Shown here piece by piece: positions 26,333-40,588 of a DNA stretch of 64,000 nt. The notes under the pieces are model-generated. The model made no database searches. It saw only the letters and a program-made list of their open reading frames with translations, and was not told the DNA's origin. The translations under genes and the position numbers were made by a program. Source of the DNA: Planctomycetota bacterium (lineage in GTDB: Bacteria > Planctomycetota > UBA8742 > UBA2392); the NCBI GenBank assembly GCA_022071975.1, contig JAJVIO010000052.1:38548-102547 (forward strand), written 5' to 3'. Positions within the stretch are counted from its first letter, which is position 1, and the number at the start of each line of letters is the position of its first letter.

Positions 26333-28431
26333 CGCGGGAACGCGGCCGCGATGCCGCCGTCAATGGGCAGTGTCGCGCCGGTGGTGGGCGTCTGGTTGGT
26401 GGCGAAGAACACCACCGCGTTGCCCACGTGTCGGCCGGTAATGCGCGCGTGCAGCAGGTTGCGGTTGCGGTAATGCTCCTCGAGTTGCTTGTAGTCGATG
26501 CCGTGGGCCTTGGCGCGGTCCGGGCCTACTTCCTGCCACAGGCCGCTGGGGTTCTTCTCGTTGCCGAACACCGCGTCAGGCGCCAGCACGTTCACCCGGA
26601 TGCCGTCCTTGGCCAGCTCCAGCGCCGTTACCTTCGCAAGCTGGTGCACGGCCGCCTTGCTGGCCGAGTACGCGCCGAACTCCGCGCCCGGTGCCATCAC
26701 GTTCTTGCTGCCGATCACGATGATGTGGCCGCCGGTGGCCTGCTGCTTCAGCAGGCGCGCGCCCTCGCGCATCACCAGGAAGTAGCCCTTCAGGTTCACG
26801 TCCATCACGCGCTGCCAGTCGTCGACCTCGAGTTCGTCCAGCGGGCGTGAGTGGGCGATGCCGGCGTTGGGCACCACGATGTCAACACCGCCGTACTGGC
26901 GCGCGACTTCATAGAACAGCGCGCGCACAGAGCGCTCGTCCGTCACGTCGCACACCACGCCGCGGCGGTTGTCCTTGCCGTGCTTCGTGCCCAGCTCAGT
27001 GCAGGTTTCCTCCAGGCGCTCGGCGTTCACGTCGCTCAGCACCACGTGCGCGCCCGCCATGATCAGGCTTTCCGCGACCGCGCTGCCGATCGCGCCGGCA
27101 GCGCCGGTCACCACCGCGACCTGGCCGGCGAGCGGCTTGGGCTTGGATTTGCCCAGCTTGGCCTGCTCCAGCGGCCAGTACTCGACGTCGAACAGGTCGC
27201 TTTCCGGCAGCGCCTCGTATTCGCCGGTGGCGTGAACGAGAGTCTTCACGCGAATGGTGTGCTCGTAAATGTCGGCCGCGATGCGCGCGTCCTTTTTGCT
27301 CGCGCCCCATGCCAGCATGCCGACGCCGGGCACCAGCACCACGCGCGGGAAGTCGTCCAGGCGCACGCGCTTCACGCCCTTCTGGTAGCTCATGCTGCTG
27401 AAGTACACGTCGTAGCCGCGGCGGTAGGCGGTCACCGCGTGGGCCAGCTGCTCGCCGATGTCGTCGAACTCGGGCGCGAACAGCACCAGCGGCATGGACT
27501 TGGTGCGGATCACGTGGTCGGGCGTGAGCGGGCCCGTCAGCGCCAGCGTGGCCAGCTCATGCGAGTTCACGAAATTCAGGATTTCATCCGTGGCGCGCCA
27601 CTCCATCACCATGCGCTTGTACGGCGCGTCGGGCTCGCCGGTGGCTTCCGCCAGCAGGCCGCGCAGCACGGGCGCGAGATCGGCTACCAGGGCTTCGGGT
27701 TCGTCGGGCGCGTCGAAGGAGGGCTTCAGGCGGCGGCCCTTGGAAAGCTCATTGCGCAGCCAGTTCTCGGCCATGCTGACCAGCTCGACGTGGCGCTCGT
27801 AGCTGTCTTTGGCGCTCTCGCCGAAGCTGAACAGCCCGTGCTTCAGCAGCACCAGGCCGACCACGTTCGGGTTGGCCTCGTACACCTCGGCACACACCTT
27901 TGCCAGTTCGAAGCCCGGCATCACGTAGCGCACGATGCCGACCTTGTCGCCGTAGATCTCGCGCACCAGCGCCTCGCCATCCGGCCGGTTGGTGATGGCG
28001 AGGATCGCGTCGGCGTGGCTGTGGTCGATGAACTTGTGGGGCAGAAAGGCGTGCAGCAGCGTCTCGACGCTTGGGTTCGGGCCGCCGGCGTCAAACATGT
28101 GGGTGCGCAGCTGGTTGACCATTTCTTCGTCGGACAGCTCAGGCAGCTCGCGCAGCTTTTTCAGATAGGTCAGGTCAAGGCCGGGCAGGCCGGGAGGTTC
28201 GATGGTGTCGAGGTTCCAGCCGCTGCCTTTGACGAAGATGGCGGGTACGGCCTCGCCCAGGATGTTCTTGAACTCGCCCTTCACGCTGGTGTTGCCGCCG
28301 CCGTGCATCACCAGGTCGGGGTCGCGCCCGATCAGTTGCGAGGTGTAAACGCGCAGGGCGACGTCTTCGCCCGCGGAGGCAAAGCGGTCCACGAACGCGG
28401 CCGCATCTTCATCACGATAAAGGCTCTTCAT
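26329..28431 (-). CDS. bifunctional class II aldolase (rhamnulose-1-phosphate aldolase-like) / short-chain dehydrogenase
   Basis: 700 aa. N-terminal aldolase_II domain and C-terminal SDR domain (TGAAGAIG, YSASK); the typical RhaD-SDR fusion architecture. Confidence 0.85.
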   Translation of the reverse strand: MKSLYRDEDAAAFVDRFASAGEDVALRVYTSQLIGRDPDLVMHGGGNTSVKGEFKNILGEAVPAIFVKGSGWNLDTIEPPGLPGLDLTYLKKLRELPELSDEEMVNQLRTHMFDAGGPNPSVETLLHAFLPHKFIDHSHADAILAITNRPDGEALVREIYGDKVGIVRYVMPGFELAKVCAEVYEANPNVVGLVLLKHGLFSFGESAKDSYERHVELVSMAENWLRNELSKGRRLKPSFDAPDEPEALVADLAPVLRGLLAEATGEPDAPYKRMVMEWRATDEILNFVNSHELATLALTGPLTPDHVIRTKSMPLVLFAPEFDDIGEQLAHAVTAYRRGYDVYFSSMSYQKGVKRVRLDDFPRVVLVPGVGMLAWGASKKDARIAADIYEHTIRVKTLVHATGEYEALPESDLFDVEYWPLEQAKLGKSKPKPLAGQVAVVTGAAGAIGSAVAESLIMAGAHVVLSDVNAERLEETCTELGTKHGKDNRRGVVCDVTDERSVRALFYEVARQYGGVDIVVPNAGIAHSRPLDELEVDDWQRVMDVNLKGYFLVMREGARLLKQQATGGHIIVIGSKNVMAPGAEFGAYSASKAAVHQLAKVTALELAKDGIRVNVLAPDAVFGNEKNPSGLWQEVGPDRAKAHGIDYKQLEEHYRNRNLLHARITGRHVGNAVVFFATNQTPTTGATLPIDGGIAAAFPR

Positions 28432-28472
28432 GCCGCCCTTTTCGGTTTGCGGGCGGCTCGGGGCAAGGGTTC

Positions 28473-28537
28473 AACACGAAGAAACGAAGAAGCGAAGTTC
28501 GTGCGGGCGGTTCTTCGCTTCTTCGTTTCTTCGTGTT
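28473..28537. promoter_or_regulatory. perfect 25-bp inverted repeat with purine-only arm (AACACGAAGAAACGAAGAAGCGAAG ... CTTCGCTTCTTCGTTTCTTCGTGTT) in the divergent promoter region
   Basis: Perfect complementarity with a 15-nt loop, located between the aldolase/SDR start (28431) and the apt start (28562). Confidence 0.6.
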
Positions 28538-28561
28538 ACAAGGCCGCCACAGGAGACTGCC

Positions 28562-29077
28562 ATGGACTCGATCAAGCGGCTGATTCGCGACATCCCGGAC
28601 TTCCCCAAGCCCGGCATCATCTTCAAGGACATCACGCCCATCCTCGGCGACCCGGCCGCCATGGCGCGCATCACCGGCGCCTTCGAGCGCGAGTTCGAGG
28701 CCGCGAAACCCACACGCATCGTGGGCATCGAGTCGCGCGGCTTCATTTTCGGCGCCGTGCTGGCCACTGAACTGGAACTGCCGTTCACGCCCGTGCGCAA
28801 GCCCGGCAAGCTGCCCTACGACACCATCAGCGTCAGCTACACGCTTGAGTACGGCCAGGGCAGCCTCGAGATGCACACGGACGGCGTCACCAGCGACGAC
28901 CGAGTGCTGATCATCGACGACCTGCTGGCCACGGGCGGCACCGCGGCCGCGGCCAGCGAGCTGGTGGAGCGCGTGGGTGCGCAGGTTGTGGGCCTGGGGT
29001 TCGTGGTGGAACTGCTGTTCCTGAACGGGCGAGAGAAGCTGGGCGGGCGCAACGTGCTGAGCCTGGTGACGTACTGA
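28562..29077 (+). CDS. apt: adenine phosphoribosyltransferase
   Basis: PRTase motif VLIIDDLLATGGT; 171 aa. Confidence 0.9.
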   Translation: MDSIKRLIRDIPDFPKPGIIFKDITPILGDPAAMARITGAFEREFEAAKPTRIVGIESRGFIFGAVLATELELPFTPVRKPGKLPYDTISVSYTLEYGQGSLEMHTDGVTSDDRVLIIDDLLATGGTAAAASELVERVGAQVVGLGFVVELLFLNGREKLGGRNVLSLVTY

Positions 29078-29346
29078 TCGAGGCGGCGGGTGGCATCCGC
29101 CTTCGCTGAAGCTACGGCGGACAGGGGCGGGAGAAACAGGAGCCGCAAGCGCCAGCGCGCGGTAGGTTGAACGGAGGTGGAACCACCTCGCACCAGACCG
29201 CTAAACCGCCTGGAGTAAGGGTTTACGGGCATGGAATGGCTGGCGGTTACGGTTCGTTTTTACGGTTGTGGAAACCTTGTTTCGTTGTGAGGAAAGATCC
29301 ACGGGACGGGAATTAACGGCCCCTGAAAAAAAGATTTGCATTGGGG

Positions 29347-29375
29347 CTTGACCCGTAAAAAAAACGCGCTACTTT
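29347..29375 (+). promoter_or_regulatory. candidate rRNA promoter (CTTGAC -17- TACTTT) with upstream A-tract
   Basis: GGGGCTTGACC ... TACTTT with 17-bp spacing, ~620 bp upstream of the 16S gene, preceded by AAAAAAAGATTTGCATT. Confidence 0.4.
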
Positions 29376-29995
29376 TGCGCGCCCCACGGGGGAGTCCGGC
29401 AGGCCGTGAGGCGTGACGGAAGGCCGAAAGCAAGCGGTTCGGCAGAAAAACTTGAAAGCCGGGGGTTGAAGCAGCAAGCAACCTTGGCTAGGATGAGGGG
29501 CCCGACGCTGTCAGGGTGTCGGAGTTCCAACCGGATCTGTGATACGGGAAAGTGGCGCTGAGCGCCTGGGGTCAGAAGACCTCAAGCGCCCGGTGCCTAC
29601 CCGGAAACAGAGCGGATGGGCGCCGGTGTCTTTTTGGGTATTGAGCCAACGGCTTGAATCCTGGAAAGCACTGTTCTTTGAAAACTGAATAGCCATGAAT
29701 TAGAGGATGTGATTGTGGGAGACCGCGATCGCACGATGAGCAAAGCTCCTGGCGGGCGGCCCATGCGGGCCAAGCGTCAGCCACCAATTGAGGTGGGGGT
29801 GCGTAAGCGACTCTTGCGCCCTGGACGACATGCGCCGCAAGGCGAGGGTCGGAAGGGGTAAATCGATCTGTCTGCACCAAGTGCGGACACCGAAGCAAAA
29901 CAATCAGTCACATCTTTGCATTGAAGTAATGAACCCGTAATGAGTTACGGGAGCATTGCCCAATGCCCAGAGAGGTGACCGAGATCAAATTTTTG

Positions 29996-31538
<1,543 letters not shown>

Positions 31539-31688
31539 TACATAGACTTCTATGAGAGGCGACTCTCATAGTCGTAAGGCATATCCTCTTTCATGGCTAT
31601 TCAACATACGCGTGCGCGGGGGCCCTGTCGTCTCGGGGCCCCCTTCGCACCCTTCGCAGTGGAAGACGGGCCGGCAACGGTCTCGGGC

Positions 31689-31765
31689 GCGCCGGTAGCT
31701 CAGCTGGTTAGAGCACACGCCTGATAAGCGTGAGGTCGGCGGTTCGAGTCCGCCCCGGCGCACCA
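31689..31765 (+). tRNA. tRNA-Ile (anticodon GAT)
   Basis: Cloverleaf with acceptor GCGCCGG/CCGGCGC, anticodon loop CTGATAA, encoded CCA. Confidence 0.9.
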
Positions 31766-31787
31766 TTCCACGGCAGCCGGGACGCAA

Positions 31788-31862
31788 GGGCCGGTAGCTC
31801 AGTGGTAGAGCGTCGCCTTTGCAAGGCGAGGGTCAGGGGTTCGACTCCCCTCCGGTCCACCA
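31788..31862 (+). tRNA. tRNA-Ala (anticodon TGC)
   Basis: Acceptor GGGCCGG/CCGGTCC with the G3:U70 identity pair, anticodon loop TTTGCAA, encoded CCA. Confidence 0.9.
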
Positions 31863-32280
31863 GCCTTCGCACTTTGTGCTTCGGCTGTCAGGCCAGGCGG
31901 CGCGCGTATGAGGTCGAGGTTTGGGAATGTGCGCCTGGGCGCATGCTCTCGAGCCCCGACGACGAGTCGGGTTTCGGCTCTTTGACAACAGCATACTGTG
32001 ATAGATCAGAGTGACTAGATTACTCCAGATTAGTGTTATCCTAGTAAGATAACCTATTCGCTAAGCCGCCGCCGGGAGGCGTCGGAAAGCGCGCGTCTGG
32101 AGAAAGTAACCAAGGCATCAACGATGAAACAGCAGCTGACGTCGCGAGACGTCGGGTGCTGACGCTACAACGTGTCTTGAGGCCTCAGCCACGGGATTGG
32201 CCGGGCGGCTTGTATTGTCGGCCCGGTCGGGAACGGAGCGAGAGGAAAGCGCACTCCTGGAGGGATCCAGGGGTTGTTGT

Positions 32281-35240
<2,960 letters not shown>

Positions 35241-35399
35241 CAACAATCTCCGGGTCTCCCGGAGTGTTGCAAAGCAAACGTGTATTAGCGATTCCAAGAC
35301 ACGTCGTTAGCGTCTCACGTGATGCCTTGTCACTAAAATCTATCCAGTATGCTGTTGTCAGCGAGCCGCGCTCGCTTTGAAAACCTTACGAGAATTTTT

Positions 35400-35508
35400 C
35401 TCGGTGCCCTTACCCTCGGGGACACACCCGATCCCATCTCGAACTCGGAAGTTAAGCCCGTGGGGCCGATGATAGTCGAAAGGCGAAAGTAGGTTGGTGC
35501 CGGGATAT
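35400..35508 (+). rRNA. rrf: 5S ribosomal RNA
   Basis: Conserved CCCATCTCGAACTCGGAAGTTAAGC and GCCGATGATAGT blocks. The terminal helix CUCGGUGCC/GGUGCCGGG pairs through G-U wobbles. Confidence 0.8.
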
Positions 35509-35512
35509 AACA

Positions 35513-35546
35513 CGGGCCGCAGCCAAAGCTGCGGCCCGTGTCCGTT
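35513..35546 (+). terminator. rrn operon terminator hairpin ACACGGGCCGCAGC-CAAA-GCTGCGGCCCGTGT
   Basis: 14-bp perfect stem immediately after the 5S gene. Confidence 0.7.
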
Positions 35547-35726
35547 TAACCAGCCCGCCAGAGTTTTCCGGATTACTCCGCAAGCCTCTCGCGTTCCACT
35601 ACTGCCCCGGTTGTTGCCCCCGACCTGGGCCGAAAAGAGGGACTGAGGCCACCCGGCGTCGGTCCCTCTCACTTTTAACTGGAATCCATCTCGCGCGGCT
35701 CAACGTTATCCAGCCGGGAGCGTGAC

Positions 35727-36299
35727 ATGGCCAACATCCTTGCATTCGCCGGCAGCCTGCGCGCCGGCTCATGGAACAAAAAGCTCATCCGCGTGGCCGC
35801 CCAGGGCGCCCGCGAAGCCGGCGCCGAGCTCAACCTGATCGACCTCAAGGACTACCCGCTGCCCCTCTACGACGGCGACCTCGAGGCCGACAAAGGCCTG
35901 CCCGAGAACGTCCACAAGCTCAAGGACGCCTGCAAGCATGCCGACGGCTTCCTGGTTGCCAGCCCTGAATACAACGCCGGCTTTTCCGGAGTGCTCAAGA
36001 ACCTCACCGACTGGCTGTCCCGCCCCCGCGAGGGTGAAAAGCCCTTCGAAATCTTCGCCATGAAGCCGGCAGCAGCCATGGCCGCCAGCCCCGGCGCCCT
36101 GGGCGGCAACCGCATGCTCGCGTCCCTGCGCGGCCACCTGCTGCACCTGCAGATGCTGGTGATCCCGCAGACCTACGGGCTTTCCAAGGCCGCCGAGGCC
36201 TTCGACGCCGAAGGCAACCTGCAGGACCCCAAGGTCGAGGCCAAGGTCAAAGAGCTCGGCAGAATCGTGGCCCAGCTGGCGGCCAAGCTGCGCGGTTGA
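35727..36299 (+). CDS. NAD(P)H-dependent FMN reductase (flavodoxin-like; ChrR/SsuE family)
   Basis: Flavodoxin-like LAFAGSLRAGSWNKKL N-terminus; GGGAG RBS. Confidence 0.8.
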   Translation: MANILAFAGSLRAGSWNKKLIRVAAQGAREAGAELNLIDLKDYPLPLYDGDLEADKGLPENVHKLKDACKHADGFLVASPEYNAGFSGVLKNLTDWLSRPREGEKPFEIFAMKPAAAMAASPGALGGNRMLASLRGHLLHLQMLVIPQTYGLSKAAEAFDAEGNLQDPKVEAKVKELGRIVAQLAAKLRG

Positions 36300-36364
36300 A
36301 GCGCCGCACCGCGGCCGGGAAGATAATTCGATATAGAACTGTTAGGATGGTCAAAGGAGACGTC

Positions 36365-37060
36365 ATGATCACCATCCGCAAAGCAGAAGATCGCGGCCAC
36401 TTCGAGCACGGCTGGCTCGATACCTGGCACACGTTCTCGTTCGCCGACTACCATGACCCCAAGCACGTTCACTTCCGCGGCCTGCGCGTGATGAACGAAG
36501 ACCGCATTGCCGGCGGCCAGGGTTTCGGCATGCACCCGCACCGCGACATGGAAATCGTCACCTATGTCATGGAGGGCGAGCTCGAGCACCGCGACAGCAT
36601 GGGCAACCACGGGCGCATCAAGCCGGGCATCGTGCAGCGCATGAGCGCCGGCACCGGCGTGCTGCACAGCGAGGTCAACCCGGGCCCGGACCCCGTACAC
36701 CTCTACCAGATCTGGATTTTCCCGCGCCAGAAGGGCATCCGTCCCGGCTACGAGGAAAAGGCCCTGCCCGGCCACGCCGAGCAAGGCCGCCTGGTGCTGG
36801 TTGCCTCGCCCGACGGCGCCGAGGGCTCGGTCACGATCAACGCCGACACCCGGCTGTATGCCGCCAGGCTGAAGAAGGGCGGCGAGCTGAGCTACACCCT
36901 GCCGCCCGGCCACGGCGCCTGGCTGCAGGTTACCCGCGGCCGGCTGGCGCTGAATGGGCATGAGCTGGGGACCGCGGACGGCGCTGCGATCGAGGACGTC
37001 GGCGCGGTGAACATCCTCGCCACCGATGATGCCGAATTGCTGCTGTTCGACCTGGCATGA
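36365..37060 (+). CDS. pirin family protein
   Basis: Cupin metal-binding residues HPHRDMEIVTYV...E; AAGGAG RBS before the ATG. Confidence 0.85.
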   Translation: MITIRKAEDRGHFEHGWLDTWHTFSFADYHDPKHVHFRGLRVMNEDRIAGGQGFGMHPHRDMEIVTYVMEGELEHRDSMGNHGRIKPGIVQRMSAGTGVLHSEVNPGPDPVHLYQIWIFPRQKGIRPGYEEKALPGHAEQGRLVLVASPDGAEGSVTINADTRLYAARLKKGGELSYTLPPGHGAWLQVTRGRLALNGHELGTADGAAIEDVGAVNILATDDAELLLFDLA

Positions 37061-37105
37061 CGGAAGGGCCTGTGCCGGGTCCGCGTTCTGACCCGGGAGG
37101 CAACC

Positions 37106-37873
37106 ATGAACAGGCTGAAAGGCAAAGTGGCGCTTATCACCGGCGGCGCCGTGGGCATCGGGCGCTCGACCGCCGTGCTGATGGCGCGCGAAGGCGCCGC
37201 GGTGGCCGTCACGGACATCGACGACGAAGCCGGGCGCGAGGTGGCGCACGAGATCACGACCCACGACGGCCGGGCGCGTTACTGGCACCTGGACGTGTCT
37301 TCGGAAGACCAGGTCAAACGCGTGTTCGCCGAGGTGGAGAAAGAGTTCGGCCCGGTCACGGTGCTGGTGAACAACGCCGGCATCTCGGGCGCGAACAAGC
37401 CCACCCACGAGCTGAGCCTCGAGGAGTGGGAGCATGTCCAGGCGATCAACGTGAAGGGCGTGTTTCTCTGCACCAAGCACGTGATCCCGCAGATGAAGCG
37501 GGCCGGGCACGGCAGCATCATCAACCTGTCCAGCATCTACGGCCTGGTGGGCGCGCCGGACGTGCCGCCCTACCACGCCAGCAAGGGCGCCGTGCGGCTG
37601 ATGACCAAGACCGACGCCCTGCTGTACGCCAGGGACCGCATCCGCGTGAACAGCGTCCACCCCGGCTTCATCTGGACCCCCATGGTCGAGCAGCACCTGC
37701 AAGGTGCGCCAGACCCGGTCGCGGCACGCGAGGCCACTGCGGCGGCCCACCCGCTAGGGCACATGGGCGAGGCTGACGACATCGGCTGGGCCTGCGTCTA
37801 CCTGGCCGCCGACGAGGCCAAGTTCGTGACCGGCAGCGAACTGGTGGTGGACGGCGGCTTCACCTGTCGCTGA
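37106..37873 (+). CDS. SDR family NAD(P)-dependent oxidoreductase
   Basis: TGGAVGIG cofactor motif, NNAG, and the catalytic YxxxK (YHASK). Confidence 0.85.
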   Translation: MNRLKGKVALITGGAVGIGRSTAVLMAREGAAVAVTDIDDEAGREVAHEITTHDGRARYWHLDVSSEDQVKRVFAEVEKEFGPVTVLVNNAGISGANKPTHELSLEEWEHVQAINVKGVFLCTKHVIPQMKRAGHGSIINLSSIYGLVGAPDVPPYHASKGAVRLMTKTDALLYARDRIRVNSVHPGFIWTPMVEQHLQGAPDPVAAREATAAAHPLGHMGEADDIGWACVYLAADEAKFVTGSELVVDGGFTCR

Positions 37874-37893
37874 ATCGAACCCGCTTGCGAGAA

Positions 37894-37920
37894 GGGACAG
37901 GCACCAAAGGTGCCTGTCCC
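37894..37920 (+). terminator. hairpin GGGACAGGCACC-AAA-GGTGCCTGTCCC
   Basis: 12-bp perfect stem after the SDR stop; same family as the hairpins at 19945 and 58015. Confidence 0.7.
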
Positions 37921-37947
37921 TGAGAGTTGCTGCTATAGTCCGCGGCC

Positions 37948-38730
37948 ATGAAGCAGTGGAAGCCGCTGATTGCCTCGCTGGTCGTGATCGCCCTCGCCAT
38001 GGGGGCGCTGGCGGCTTGGAAGTACCTGGGTGGCAAACCCGGCCCGGCGCCGTCCAACGACAACCGCGCGGCGGACAACCCGCCGCCCGCCAACGGCGAG
38101 AACAGCGACCTCAAGTATGAGGCCGTGCCCCTCGAAAAACTGCCTGAGCTCGACCCGCTGGGCCTGTGGCCGCGCGACGGCCAGCGCATGTCCTCGGTCG
38201 AGTTCTGGGTGATGTGGCGGACCACCGGCTTCTCGAAGTGCCGGCTGCTGGCCACCACCGACCGGCGCGACTGGTTTGACCTCGGCAGCACCGGCGGCGA
38301 AGACCACTACCTGCAGGCCAGCCTGGCGTACTTCGGCAGCGCGTTGACCTTCGCGGTCGAGTTCGACGCGGGCGGCACCCGCTACCGCAGCGCGCCGCGC
38401 ACGGTGTACTTCGGCCAGGGCGCGCACTTCACCCGGCGCTCCTTTGAATTCTCCCTGGGCGACGGAAAGAACCAGACTTTTCCCATCGAGGTGTTCGGGC
38501 GCAACCCACGCCGCCTGCCGCTGGACTCGTTCATTGGCGTCTGGTTTCCCGACGACCTGGTCACCTTCGTGGGCCACGGCCGCGAACGCGAAGGCGACGA
38601 CGGCGGCGAAATCGCCTTCGGCGTGCAGGACCCGGACGTGCTGAACGGCCAGGGCTGCATGGGTTTCCTCGAGATGTACGACGTGGTGACGGACACCTAC
38701 GACCGCGCGCAGATCACGTTCCGGCGATAG
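37948..38730 (+). CDS. membrane-anchored hypothetical protein
   Basis: N-terminal TM followed by a 230-aa domain with no recognisable motif. Confidence 0.55.
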   Translation: MKQWKPLIASLVVIALAMGALAAWKYLGGKPGPAPSNDNRAADNPPPANGENSDLKYEAVPLEKLPELDPLGLWPRDGQRMSSVEFWVMWRTTGFSKCRLLATTDRRDWFDLGSTGGEDHYLQASLAYFGSALTFAVEFDAGGTRYRSAPRTVYFGQGAHFTRRSFEFSLGDGKNQTFPIEVFGRNPRRLPLDSFIGVWFPDDLVTFVGHGREREGDDGGEIAFGVQDPDVLNGQGCMGFLEMYDVVTDTYDRAQITFRR

Positions 38731-38742
38731 GCGACCACCGCC

Positions 38743-40437
38743 CTAACTCTTGGGCATGATCTTGGTGGTGCCGAACACCTTCAGCAGGTTCTGGAACGCG
38801 GCCTGTTTCTCGAGGGCGGCAAATGCCGGGTCCATCAGGCGTTTGCGGTCACGGAAGCCGTTCTTGACCGCGCGCTCCAGCAGTTTCAGCCCTTCAAGCG
38901 GGTCCTCGGGCGTAGTCAAAACCGCCAGCCAGAACAACGTCTCCGCGAAACTGGGATTGATCTCAAGGGCCCGCTCCAGCATGCGGCGGGCCTTGTCTTT
39001 CTCGTTGCGGCCGATCAGCAGCACTGCCAGCGCCACGTAGCCGCGCTCGTCGGCGGGCACCAGCTCGATGCACTTTTCGTACTCGCGCTCGGCGGCTTTC
39101 CAGGCGCGACCCTTTTCAAAAATCTTGCCCAGGCTGATGCGCGCCTCCACGTTGTGGGCGTTGAGTTTCAGCGCGTAAGTCAGGTTTTCGCGCGCGCCGG
39201 AAAGGTCGCCGGCCATGCGCTGCAGGCTGCCCAGGAAGCTGCGCCCGCGAGGATCTTCGGGGTTCAGCTTCACGGCCATTTCGTAGTCAGCCAGGGCTTC
39301 TTTCATCTTGCGCTGCTTGCGGTAGATGTGGCCGCGCAGCAGGAACAGCCGCGGATCGTTTGATTTCAGGCGCATGGCCTGCTCGATCTGCTTCAGGGCA
39401 TCATCGTAGCGCGCCACCTTCATGGCGGCCTGGGCGTCCGTGACCGAGTTTTCGACCTGGGTGGTCATCGACAGGATTGCCAGCTCGATGGTCTCATTGC
39501 GATCGAGCTCTTCACTGGCGGCCTCGGCGGCTTGCCGCGCCATGCGATAAATGCCGCTTTCACCGCCGCGCGGCACGCTGACCGTGCGCCGACGCAGGCC
39601 GCGGATCAGCTCCGCGGCAGCCTCCAGGTCTTCGGCCAGTTCCTCGGCGTCCTGGTAGCGGTGGTCCGGGCTCTTGGCCAGCATGCGGTTCACGATGCGC
39701 TCAAGCTCGCGCGGCAGGCCGGGCCGCAGCTCGGACAGCGGCGGGTAGTCGTCCTGCTGGTGCATCAGGATCAGCGCCTGGCTGGTCTCACCCAGGAAGG
39801 GGCGGCGTCCGGTCAGCAGCAGGTAGAGTGTGACGCCCAGGCTGTAGATGTCGCTGCGCCCGTCCACGGGCTCGCCGCGGCACTGCTCGGGGCTCATGTA
39901 GGGCGGGCTGCCCGAGTGGCCGGCGCTGGCGTCGCTGCCCATGGCGGCCGCCACGCCGAAGTCGGAAATCTTCACGCGCCCGTTGTTGAGGATCAGCAGG
40001 TTGTCGGGCTTGATGTCGCGGTGCACCAGCTTGCGCTTATGGGCGTAGCTCAGGCCGCGCGCGCACTGGCCGGCGATGCGCACGGCCAGCAGCGGGTCAA
40101 CGCCCTGGCGCGAAACCAGGCGGCTGACGGGCACGCCGTCCACCAGCTGCATAACGATGTAGGGTTGGCCCTCGTGCTCATCGACGGCGTAGACCGGCGT
40201 GATGTTGGGGTGCTCGAGCTGCCCGGCCATGCGCGCCTCGTTCATGAAGCGCGCGCGCAGGGTGTCATTGCGGGCCAGCTCGCGCGGCAGCACCTTAACG
40301 GCGACGTCTTTGTCGAGGCCGGTGTGCTTGGCCTTGTAGACGTGGCCCATGCCGCCCTGCCCGATGCGCTCGAGCAGGATGCATTTGCCCAGGGTAAGCC
40401 CCTTCAGGTTTTCCGGATCCTCACGGGTGCCCGCCAT
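38743..40437 (-). CDS. Ser/Thr protein kinase with C-terminal TPR repeats
   Basis: GQGGMGHVYKA, VAVK, HRDIKPDN, DFG, APE motifs, then multiple TPR units. Confidence 0.9.
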   Translation of the reverse strand: MAGTREDPENLKGLTLGKCILLERIGQGGMGHVYKAKHTGLDKDVAVKVLPRELARNDTLRARFMNEARMAGQLEHPNITPVYAVDEHEGQPYIVMQLVDGVPVSRLVSRQGVDPLLAVRIAGQCARGLSYAHKRKLVHRDIKPDNLLILNNGRVKISDFGVAAAMGSDASAGHSGSPPYMSPEQCRGEPVDGRSDIYSLGVTLYLLLTGRRPFLGETSQALILMHQQDDYPPLSELRPGLPRELERIVNRMLAKSPDHRYQDAEELAEDLEAAAELIRGLRRRTVSVPRGGESGIYRMARQAAEAASEELDRNETIELAILSMTTQVENSVTDAQAAMKVARYDDALKQIEQAMRLKSNDPRLFLLRGHIYRKQRKMKEALADYEMAVKLNPEDPRGRSFLGSLQRMAGDLSGARENLTYALKLNAHNVEARISLGKIFEKGRAWKAAEREYEKCIELVPADERGYVALAVLLIGRNEKDKARRMLERALEINPSFAETLFWLAVLTTPEDPLEGLKLLERAVKNGFRDRKRLMDPAFAALEKQAAFQNLLKVFGTTKIMPKS

Positions 40438-40494
40438 GGCGGCAGATGATAGCGGTTTGCCGGGCGGATGTCAGGAAGCCGGGAGCGCAAGCCG

Positions 40495-40585
40495 GGTGGG
40501 ACAGGTGAGACAGGTGGGACAAGTGGGACGGGAGAGCGCTTCTGTAGAAGAGTCCCACCTGTCCCACTCGTCCCACATGTCCCAC
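40495..40585. repeat. hairpin with tandem GTGGGACA-unit arms between moaA and the kinase gene
   Basis: GGGTGGGACAGGTGAGACAGGTGGGACAAGTGGGAC ... GTCCCACCTGTCCCACTCGTCCCACATGTCCCAC. Confidence 0.6.
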
Positions 40586-40588
40586 GGA

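Noticed and set aside
36173-37750. 525-aa antisense ORF spanning the pirin and SDR genes
   Set aside because: Shadow frame; both plus-strand genes have diagnostic motifs.
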